NCBI GenBank assembly: GCA_951406725.2
Contig: OX597833.1
Coordinates: forward strand, 72,354,001 to 72,418,000
Direction of reading: 5' to 3'
DNA length: 64,000 bases
Source of the DNA: Octopus vulgaris
Lineage: Eukaryota
Below are positions 53,243 to 64,000 of this stretch, piece after piece. The number at the start of each line of letters is the position of its first letter. Position 1 is the stretch's first letter. The notes beneath the pieces are model-generated. The model made no database searches. It saw nothing but the letters and a program-made list of their open reading frames with translations, and was not told where the DNA came from. A program made the translations under genes and the position numbers.

Positions 53243-53768
53243 TTTTAATGTCTGCTTTCCATGCTGGCATGGGTTGGACAGTTTGCCTGAGGACTGGCGA
53301 GCCAGAAGGCTGCACCATCTCCAATCTCATCTGGCAAAGTTTCTACAGCTGGATGCCCTTCCTAATGCCAACCACTCCGAGAGTGTAGTGGGTGCTTTTA
53401 CGTGCCACCGGAACGAGGGCCAGTCAGGCGATACTGGTATTGGCCAAGCTCAAATGGTGCTTTTTATGTTCCACCTGCATGGGAGCCAGTCAACGGCCCT
53501 GGCATTGACCACACTCGAATAGTGCTTTTAACGTGCATGGGTGCCAATGTGGTGGTCATTGGCCACAACAGTCATTTCACTTGCCTCAAGAGGTCTTTGC
53601 TAGTATAGTTTATTGTGCAATGATTGAAGGGTACCCTTAAATGGGCTTGTTATACACCCCTGGCATAGGCCACGGTTATGGTCTCACTTGGCTTGCTGGG
53701 TCTTCTTAAGCACAGCATATCTCCAATGGTTTCAGGTCACTTGCCATTGCCTCTGTGAGGCCCGATGT
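53243..53768 (-). mobile_element. RTE LINE 3' end (3'UTR and last codons)
   Basis: Similar to the reverse complement of 21630-22018, including the subrepeats. Confidence 0.8.
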
Positions 53769-53879
53769 TTCAAAACTCAGTTTAATAACATTTGGTTAAA
53801 TTCTTAATTATTTTCAAAATAAGTTGAAACCGAAGCAGAGCATTTCAACAGAAAAATGCAATCCAAAGATATTACTCTG

Positions 53880-55230
53880 CAAGGAGTTATTGTTGATAGC
53901 TCCATTTCTTTCCAGTTCTTCTCAAGTCTTATCTGTTCAAGGCCCACGTCTCACTACCATGCAGCATTGCAGTTCTAACACAAGCATCATACACTCTGTG
54001 GGGAAAAGACCTTTGTTGCCAGCAACATTTTGTAACTTCCTGAACTTTTTCCACCTTGCTCTGGTTACTTTCAGAGCAACCACCTCCTTTGCTCATTACA
54101 TCTCCCATGTAATTAAAGCTGCCAACTTCTTTGAGGGAGCCATTTCAGCTTTTATCTATGTCCTGTGTTGGCTCGTAGCATGTTCTGCTCCAGTGCATCC
54201 ACCACATATGAAGCTTATGTTCTCTGGTTTCTCTACATCACTTGTCTGTCCATGGCTTACACTGAGTACAGCTCATGGGGTTTATAACTACTCCTTTCCT
54301 CCATATTGAGCAAGGCCATGTCCCAGAAGGGACCACAGTCCTGTCGTCTTTCCTACTTACTAAAACCTTGCTAAGTTTACCATAAGATCTCTCAGTTCTA
54401 GCTTTAGTTTCCATGCCAAGAATTTCCTGTAGATGCAGCTATGAGAATTAGATTATCCACATAGAGATGGTCCCATGGATGGCCTGATTGCATTACGATG
54501 AATAGGTGGGGACTGAATAGTGAACCTTGATGAACTCTAACCCTCCCCTCAAATTCATCCCTGCAATTATTGTTGACTCTCCATCACTCGTCATTGTACA
54601 CAGCCTGTACAGCCCTCACAAACCATTCAGCTTCCTTAGTGACCTTCAAATTACCGTAAGTGGTTCCCTGTCAAGTGCCAGGAATAGCAGCCGTCAAGGC
54701 TTTCTTTGGCACCTCCTCCTCCTCCATGCATGAAACCAAACTGCATCTCGTCAAGGTCTGTTCTATCATGGCTTAATTGTGCTATCCTTCCCTCTCTCTC
54801 TCTCTGACCTTTGTAACCTGATCGAGTGGTTTGATTCTCCTTTAGTTGCCTTTATTGATGCTGCCACTCCAGTTATACAAGAAGGTACGATTCCTTCTGG
54901 TATAACATTATTAACCACCTGGGTAGTAGTAGTAGTAGTAATCCTGGCCCCGATCTCACCGAATGTTTTCAGCATCTCTACCTGAGGGGCTGACAGCTTT
55001 TCTTCTCTTCATCTCCTTAATTGCCTTATCAACAATGCTGCTGTCAATTTGAATTTCTGGTCCCACTTTAGGTTCAGCATCAGTTTATCCCTCTTCATCC
55101 CATGCGTTCTCCATCTTCAACAGCCTCTCCTAATACTGCTTCTGCATCACTTTCTTGTCTTCCACATCAATGGCAAGTCTGCCCCTTCACAATCCCTAAT
55201 CCATTTTCTCACCAATGATGTCTCAATTCT
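53880..55230 (-). mobile_element. Older, degenerate RTE reverse transcriptase fragment
   Basis: Minus strand gives RVYDACVRTAMLHGSETWA (~53940-53997) and an EF..RVRVHQG RT motif (~54525-54565), broken by many stops and frameshifts. Confidence 0.75.
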
Positions 55231-56510
55231 GGTTTAATCAAAATAAAAGGGGGCCAAGGTTCCTGCTGTTTATATCAATCCCCCCCTTCTCCTGGTAATA
55301 TTGCCAGACCTAGTAATCACTCCTATCTTTTTATTGTTTCACATAGAAATGCATTGTACCTACCCATGGTTCTTATTCTTCACTAGACACCCTGAATCAG
55401 AAACAGTTAAATCTGCTATCAATTCATAGCGAAACCAAGCCACATGGTTTAATGGTAACAACATCGTCAGACGGGTCATCTTTGGTCATTGTGTGGATAG
55501 CTTCAAACTGGTGATTCCTAATGTTTTCTCCCTCCATATACATTGTGCTCAGAGCTTATCTTTGGTGTCTCTACAGAACAAGAGACAGCCACACCTTAGT
55601 GTCTTGTGGGTTAAGAAGCTTTAGTGTTTCTCAGTTTGAGAAATGGTTTTTCTTGGTTTTTAAGTTGTGGCACTTACGATGGTCTGTTACTAAATTCCTC
55701 ATTTGCTGGTGTATAGAATGTGCCCTTTCTTTCTCAAGATTTATTAGAAAACTGCCCTGCATCTAAGGCCTCTGAATTAAGGATGAGAGACTGAGAGTCG
55801 TAGAGTTGGGAGCCAGATAAGTAGGTGTGCATTGGGCACAATAAGCATTGCTATTAAAATTCTCAGTCTGTTAGCAAATATTGTTTAGAGGACCCCAGCA
55901 GTTATGTGAAGTGGTCACATCGACTCCCTATACATCCTTCCCCTGCAGACAACCCACACCAGATAAACGCAGATTACATTATTTAAGGACTGACTTATTA
56001 TATTTGAAAAGGTTTTTCTTCTTTTATTCTTCAAGTGAAAATTCCCCAACAAAGATGCAATGTTTTGTTAACCTTTCATACACCTGAGCTAATTACAAAT
56101 TAATGCTAATGTCTCAGTATATTATTAGGTTTCCATTCCTGCTTCTCTTCAATCATTTTAGCTTTAGTCTATCTTAGACTACAGTCTCCAAAGTATCCTT
56201 CCCTTTTTGTTAAAGACACTAGGTGTGATAGGACGATTTGGTTGCTATTTCTAGCAGATTGAGTCACCATCTAGAAGCATTCTCATTGGTTGCACCTGCA
56301 ATGACCAAATTTGTTGGATCAGGGATGACCAAGGGTTAAACACCACCACCACCACCACCACCACCACCACGAAAAAAATAAAATAAACAACTCAAACAAA
56401 ATTTGAGAAATCAAAGTCGTTTTGTTTTAATTAACAACAACAATTAACCCCAGCCCACTAATTTAAACAGTCGTCAACTAAAACACCAGCTATTGTTATC
56501 TTTTGTGTAG

Positions 56511-56580
56511 AAGTTCAGCCATCAGCAACATTCCAAATGTAATCCAGATGTAGAGGCCACCGGGGAGAGTCGTCCACAAA
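56511..56580 (+). other. Candidate internal exon (70 nt) of the + strand transcript
   Basis: Acceptor ttatcttttgtgtag|, donor AAA|gtacgt. Only phase 0 is open (KFSHQQHSKCNPDVEATGESRPQ), which is compatible with the 49777 donor. Confidence 0.35.
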
Positions 56581-56868
56581 GTACGTTTATGGTACTCTAA
56601 AAGATAAAATAAATAATGTAAAGAAAAAAAGAAAAAACAATAGAAAATAATGGTTTCAAATGTTGTCAGAAGGTCAGCAGTTTTAGAGGGAATCGTTGGT
56701 TGACCATATCAATCCCCAGCAATATAGACACATCCTGGGATAGTGGTTCGATCTTACCCCAGGGCACCACTGAGAAGGGGTCTAATACGTTATTTTCCCC
56801 CTCCATCTTGGGTCAAATAAAAAAATAAAAGTATTTCATAAGATTTGTGGTTGAGCGAATCCCTTACC

Positions 56869-59714
56869 TAAATGTATGTCACTGTTTGTAAATACCTTTA
56901 TCCACCAAAGAAGCAACAATTCTTCGTTCTAAAATGTGATATTATAACCCTTTGATTATAAAATTAAATTTCATGGTTGTCATTATTCCAGTAATGGCAT
57001 TAAATATTTACAAAAAGAGAGAGAGAGAGAGAGAGAAAATAGAATATGTATTTTCTGCAAATCATATTGGCATTTCTCAGTACACCTGTATAGACAGGTG
57101 GTCATCAATTCTCAGCCTTCTTCTGTTTATTAAAGTTCACCAGATAATTGACGAAAGCGTTTAATTCTTACAGTCAAGTGGGAATTTCTGCATTCAATTA
57201 ACTTCTGAACATGAAAGCAAATCCAAAAACCGAGAGGTTTTAAAAAAAAGGACAAACGGTTTCATTGGCAGAAAAGCTGACCAAAGAACTTTCGTTGCCG
57301 TTCTGCTTTTCTCTGCAAGCAGAGAGAGAGAGAGAGAGAGAGAATATAGAGAAGGCACTGGCACGAGAGGCAACGTAAGTGAGAAGATGGAATTGTCAGG
57401 AAAGGAGCAATTAGCAATAAGAGCAGCAGAGGAGGGCTGTTTGTGATAGTGTTGGCCAAGAGACTCTTTCTGTGGTGAGAGCAGATGAGATGAGATGCTG
57501 CAAGGTAATAAAAGATGGGAAGAAATGAGGCAAGCAATGCTGTGTGTGTGGGGGGTGGGGTGGGTGGGTAGTGTTCACATACAATAACAGCATTTAAACG
57601 AGAGAGAGATATAAGAGGGAATTAGGTGTAAAAGAGAGAGAGAGAGAGAAAGAGTGGACAGGTAGAGGGAGGGTGATGGTAGGAGGGGGTGGGGTGAAGA
57701 TCGAAGTGGAAGAGTTGGAAAAACTGGTGGAAGCGAATGAGTAAAGGTGAGATGCTGTGCAAGAAAGGATGCAGCCCAGCCCCTCCTGACACATAAAGGA
57801 TGGTCAATGTGTGTGTGTGTGTATTAAAGGATGGAAGCATAATTGAGAAGAAAAACATACAAGAGAGTAAAGTTCCTTGCAATATTTGTTCAGTAACATG
57901 TTTCAGATACTTCCTTGTTACTCTTGATGTCAAAAATACTGTGAAACAGTGATTTGCAAGATAAGAAGTTGTTATTCACCAATTGTGATATAAAATAAAT
58001 TTATAGACCCACTACACTCTCGGAGTGGTTGGCGTTAGGAAGGGCATCCAGCTGTAGAAACCTTGCCAGATCAGATTGGAGCCTGGTGCAGCCTCTTGGT
58101 TTGCAAGTCCTCAGTCCAACCGTCCAACCCATGCCAGCATGGAAAGCAGACATTAAATGGTGATGATGATACCAACCCACTGGAGTCTGCCTCTTGTTTT
58201 CAAGTCTTCTTATCTGGAAACACTGCCAGGTCCTTATTCAAGAACCCCTTCATGTCTTAAAAACTTCTTGAAAAAGGGGTTTCGTTAAACTGCTCCAAAT
58301 TCTAGACGAATTTCAAAGTTAATTAAAAAAGACAGGTACTCATAATTAATTAGAGATGAGAACAGAAAAAGGGTTAACGATGCTACGATGGCAGTTGGAA
58401 TTGGGTTGAAAGGGTTTAGTATTTCAAACAGCTCTGCTAGGAATCTCTATGTGGTCAGTTGATTCACTAGACATAGCAGTTAAACCTCTCTCAAGCTTAC
58501 TTTACTGTTGTCTCCGACCAGTACCTGACCTAGGGTTAAACAGCAACATAGAATTGTTGTTGTTGTTGTTTAAGTTCAGCACTGGTTAGAGTTAAGCAAG
58601 TCTATATGAAAGGCCTTCTGGTTGTGACCATCCAGTCTTAGTATAACTATTGGGAGGGGGGTATTGTGACTGCTGTTTCTGATGTTGGTCAGAAGGGGAT
58701 GAGTGAGGAGGTTATCATCAAAGAGATCCCTACAGACTCAGCCTTCCTTTTTTAATCTAATAGGATGTAACTTAAAGGAAATTTGGGTGCTATTTCTAGA
58801 AGATCCTTTCATTTTATTAAATTGTTGTTGGGTAATTAAGAGTTATTTTAATTTCACGTCCCATTTTGTGAACAAAGAGTTTTCATTGAATTTTCTGTAT
58901 TTCTCAGAAAGAGAGAGTCAAGGGATTAACAAACACCACAAGGTATTTAAAAAAATTCTTTTTTACTGTTCATATTCTTTCCCAGTTTACAGTGATGAAA
59001 AATACACACATGGAAACATGCCCAAGTGTGTGTCAGTATATATATATATATATACACAAATATATTTATTTTTTATTTTATCTAGTTTCAGCTCACAAGC
59101 CATGGCCATGCTGGGGCACCGCCATTTGGTGTTGCTACATGATTTTACTTCATGAATGCTTTTTNNNNNNNNNNNNNNNNNNNNNNNNNNNNNNNNNNNN
59201 NNNNNNNNNNNNNNNNNNNNNNNNNNNNNNNNNNNNNNNNNNNNNNNNNNNNNNNNNNNNNNNNTAAATGTATGTCACTGTTTGTAAATACCTTTATCCA
59301 CCAAAGAAGCAACAATTCTTCGTTCTAAAATGTGATATTATAACCCTTTGATTATAAAATTAAATTTCATGGTTGTCATTATTCCAGTAATGGCATTAAA
59401 TATTTACAAAAAGAGAGAGAGAGAGAGAGAAAATAGAATATGTATTTTCTGCAAATCATATTGGCATTTCTCAGTACACCTGTATAGACAGGTGGTCATC
59501 AATTCTCAGCCTTCTTCTGTTTATTAAAGTTCACCAGATAATTGACGAAAGCGTTTAATTCTTACAGTCAAGTGGGAATTTCTGCATTCAATTAACTTCT
59601 GAACATGAAAGCAAATCCAAAAACCGAGAGGTTTTAAAAAAAAGGACAAACGGTTTCATTGGCAGAAAAGCTGACCAAAGAACTTTCGTTGCCGTTCTGC
59701 TTTTCTCTGCAAGC

Positions 59715-59745
<31 letters not shown>

Positions 59746-61537
59746 AGAGAAGGCACTGGCACGAGAGGCAGCGTAAGTGAGAAGATGGAATTGTCAGGAA
59801 AGGAGCAATTAGCAATAAGAGCAGCAGAGGAGGGCTGTTTGTGATAGTGTTGGCCAAGAGACTCTTTCTGTGGTGAGAGCAGATGAGATGAGATGCTGCA
59901 AGGTAATAAAAGATGGGAAGAAATGAGGCAAGCAATGCTGTGTGTGTGGGGGGTGGGGTGGGTGGGTAGTGTTCACATACAATAACAGCATTTAAACGAG
60001 AGAGAGATATAAGAGGGAATTAGGTGTAAAAGAGAGAGAGAGAGTGGACAGGTAGAGGGAGGGTGATGGTAGGAGGGGGTGGGGTGAAGATCGAAGTGGA
60101 AGAGTTGGAAAAACTGGTGGAAGCGAATGAGTAAAGGTGAGATGCTGTGCAAGAAAGGATGCAGCCCAGTCCCTCCTGACACATAAAGGATGGTCAATGT
60201 GTGTGTGTGTGTATTAAAGGATGGAAGCATAATTGAGGAGAAAAACATACAAGAGAGTAAAGTTCCTTGCAATATTTGTTCAGTAACATGTTTCAGATAC
60301 TTCCTTGTTACTCTTGATGTCAAAAATACTGTGAAACAGTGATTTGCAAGATAAGAAGTTGTTATTCACCAATTGTGATATAAAATAAATTTATAGACCC
60401 ACTACACTCTCGGAGTGGTTGGCGTTAGGAAGGGCATCCAGCTGTAGAAACCTTGCCAGATCAGATTGGAGCCTGGTGCAGCCTCCTGGTTTGCAAGTCC
60501 TCAGTCCAACCGTCCAACCCATGCCAGCATGGAAAGCAGACATTAAATGGTGATGATGATACCAACCCACTGGAGTCTGCCTCTTGTTTTCAAGTCTTCT
60601 TATCTGGAAACACTGCCAGGTCCTTATTCAAGAACCCCTTCATGTCTTAAAAACTTCTTGAAAAAGGGGTTTCGTTAAACTGCTCCAAATTCTAGACGAA
60701 TTTCAAAGTTAATTAAAAAAGACAGGTACTCATAATTAATTAGAGATGAGAACAGAAAAAGGGTTAACGATGCTACGATGGCAGTTGGAATTGGGTTGAA
60801 AGGGTTTAGTATTTCAAACAGCTCTGCTAGGAATCTCTATGTGGTCAGTTGATTCACTAGACATAGCAGTTAAACCTCTCTCAAGCTTACTTTACTGTTG
60901 TCTCCGACCAGTACCTGACCTAGGGTTAAACAGCAACATAGAATTGTTGTTGTTGTTTAAGTTCAGCACTGGTTAGAGTTAAGCAAGTCTATATGAAAGG
61001 CCTTCTGGTTGTGACCATCCAGTTTTAGTATAACTATTGGGAGGGGGGTATTGTGACTGCTGTTTCTGATGTTGGTCAGAAGGGGATCATCAAAGAGATC
61101 CCTACAGACTCAGCCTTCCTTTTTTAATCTAATAGGATGTAACTTAAAGGAAATTTGGGTGCTATTTCTAGAAGATCCTTTCATTTTATTAAATTGTTGT
61201 TGGGTAATTAAGAGTTATTTTAATTTCACGTCCCATTTTGTGAACAAGAGTTTTCATTGAATTTTCTGTATTTCTCAGAAAGAGAGAGTCAAGGGATTAA
61301 CAAACACCACAAGGTATTTAAAAAAATTCTTTTTTACTGTTCATATTCTTTCCCAGTTTACAGTGATGAAAAATACACACATGGAAACATGCCCAAGTGT
61401 GTGTCAGTATATATATATATATATACACAAATATATTTATTTTTTTATTTTTATCTAGTTTCAGCTCACAAGCTATGGCCATGCTGGGGCACCGCCATTT
61501 GGTGTTGCTACATGATTTTACTTCATGAATGCTTTTT
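56869..61537 (+). repeat. ~2.3-kb near-identical direct duplication (56869-59164 vs 59265-61537) abutting the gap
   Basis: Both copies begin taaatgtatgtcactgtttg and match up to gaatgcttttt. They differ by a few SNPs, microsatellite lengths and a 15-bp indel. Confidence 0.95.
59165..59264. other. Assembly gap (100 N)
   Basis: Exactly 100 N, typical of a scaffolding placeholder. Confidence 0.99.
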
Positions 61538-62422
61538 AGCAACTGCCATCTGGTGCATGAGAGAGTTCGATGCGGCTGCCCTCATCTGCACCTCCTGCCG
61601 TGAAGTTGGTTCATCTGGGATACCTGACAAGAAGAGATCCAGTTTCATTTTAAAGACATCTGCATCCACCCCATGCAGGTCTCTTAGGTTCTTTGGGAGG
61701 ATATTGAAGAGCTGTGGGCCTCGGAAGCCCAGGCTATAACAGTATCTTGTCCTACATCTTGACGGCAAATTTGGAGTCCTTGGCACTATGCAGTGGCACC
61801 CAGTTCTGGCATTTGTGTAACTCTCGATGCCAAAGTTTGGGACAAGTCCTTCTAGGATCTTCCAGATGTATATTATGGCATATCTTTCTCGCCTACGCTC
61901 TAAGGAATAGAGTCTCAATCTCTTGAGTCTTTCCCAATAACTTATATGCTGCACAGAGGCTATCTTCTTCGTGTAGCTTCGTTGGATTGCCTCCAAGTTC
62001 TGTGATTAACTTGACAGTGGATGGTGACCATAGCTGAGAGCAATAGTCAAAGTGGCTTAGGACAAGTGTCCTCCAGAGGACCATCATGGTTTCCTGGTCT
62101 CTTGTTCTAAAGGTTCTAAGAATCCATCCGGTCAGCCGCCTATATTTCATTGCCAATTTAGCAACATGCACATGAAAGGTTGCATCATCACTCGTGTAAA
62201 TACCCATGTCTCGCACTGATTGTGTCTGGGATTGCAATCCCTCCAGGTCCAGTGAATTTATTGGGTATTGCATTTAGTTTTGCATGCTGATAGCATAGAG
62301 CTTGAAACTTTTCAGCATTGAACTGCATGCTATTCTTTTCAGCCCACTTGTATATTTTGTCCAGCTCACATTGCAGATGCTTAGTGTCTTCAGGGTTCTG
62401 TATTGCCTGTGAAACCTTTGTT
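61445..62422 (-). mobile_element. 5'-truncated CR1-clade LINE
   Basis: [32 protein letters not shown] (just after the YADD motif), LWRTLVLSHFDYCSQLWSP, SYWERLKRLRLYSLERRRERY, FKMKLDLFLSGIPDEP. Frameshifted; A-rich tail. Confidence 0.9.
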
Positions 62423-62632
62423 TATATATATATATATATATATACACATATATATACACATATATACATACATATATATATATACATATATATATACATA
62501 TATATATACACACATATATATATATACACACATATATATATACATACATACATACACACACATATATATATATACAAACCCGTATATATACATATATACA
62601 TACATACATATATATATATACATACATATAAA

Positions 62633-62664
<32 letters not shown>

Positions 62665-63077
62665 AATACATACATACATATAAATACATACATACATATA
62701 TAAATACATACATACATATATAAATACATACATATATAAATACATACATACATATATAAATACATACATACATATATAAATACATACATATATAAATACA
62801 TACATATATATATAAATACATACATATATAAATACATACATATATAAATACATACATATATAAATACATACATACATATATAAATACATACATACATATA
62901 TAAATACATACATATATAAATACATACATATATATATAAATACATACATATATAAATACATACATACATATATAAATACATACATATATAAATACATACA
63001 TACATATATATATAAATACATACATATATATACGTACATATATATATATATATACGTACATATATATATACATACGT

Positions 63078-63122
<45 letters not shown>

Positions 63123-63430
63123 TATATTTACATAACGGACGTTAAACGACGATGATGATGATATATATACATACATGTATATATATATATGTATATACAT
63201 TTATAATTTTTTATTTTTATTTATTTTTTTATTTTATCTAGTTTCAGCTCACAAGTTGTGGCCATGCTGGGGCACCGCCATTTGGTGTTGCTACATGATT
63301 TTACTTCACAAATCCTTTTTAGCAACTGCCATTTGGTGCATGAGAGAGTTCGATGCAGCTGCCCTCATCTGCACCTCCTGCCGTGAAGTTGGTTCATCTG
63401 GGACACCTGACAAGAGATCCAGTTTCATAT

Positions 63431-63463
<33 letters not shown>

Positions 63464-64000
63464 CATATATATATACATACATACAAACACACATATATAC
63501 ATACACACACACACACATATACATATATATATACACACACACATACATACATTTATACATATTTGCTGTAATTTTTGCAGATTTAATAAAATGTTTATAG
63601 TATGAAACAATTGTACTAAACTACCGATCTATCCTTGTTGCTTATTATTTGGTTTTAATCACCCCACAAAATTTTATGGGTAATACCATAAAAAATTCTG
63701 GTGATTCATTTGAATCTAAATTGTATATATATATGTGTATATATATATAAACACACATATATATATACACACATATATATATGTATATACACACATATAT
63801 ATATATGTATGTGTATATATAATATATATATGTATGTGTATATACATACATACATATATACACGTATGTATATACATACATGTATATATACATGTATGTA
63901 TATACATACATGTATGTATATACATACATACATGCATGTATATATATACATACATACATGCATGTATATATATACATACATACATGCATGTATATATATA
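62423..64000. repeat. Compound TA/TACA satellite blocks (62423-63200, 63430-63560, 63720-64000)
   Basis: Tandem 14-22 bp units such as tatataaatacatacatac. These produce the spurious YI/CV-rich ORFs in the track. Confidence 0.9.
63210..63428 (-). mobile_element. Short 3' fragment of the same CR1 LINE
   Basis: KLDLLSGVPDEPTSRQEVQMRAAASNSL plus the same 3'UTR as 61445-61650. Confidence 0.85.

Overview
AT-rich, repeat-dense animal DNA. The SINE/RTE repeat landscape, (TA)n tracts and C2H2 gene style point to an octopus/coleoid cephalopod; this is inferred, not proven. Two protein-coding genes are supported. (1) A single-coding-exon C2H2 zinc-finger gene with 9 fingers and polyQ/polyN tracts (+, 6577-8172). 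(2) A complete 11-exon protoporphyrinogen oxidase gene, PPOX (-, 45288 to 31099), reconstructed by hand with GT-AG sites and consistent phases (473 aa). A possible third, divergent + strand transcript has candidate exons at 49718-49777 and 56511-56580. The rest is TE debris: RTE, CR1, CR1/Zenon-like, L1/Tx1 and RLE (Dong/R4-like) LINEs, a Helitron helicase, a gypsy RNase H, several SINE families, MITE-like pieces and microsatellites. A 100-N gap is flanked by a ~2.3 kb near-identical duplication that is probably an assembly artefact. No clearly new biological system can be shown from sequence alone. The best leads are two PPOX codons that are one A-to-I edit away from the human residues (Q for R59, N for D349), a minimal hammerhead-ribozyme motif with G12A in the sense strand of a PPOX intron, a perfect 32-bp hairpin, and SINE/LINE tail sharing.
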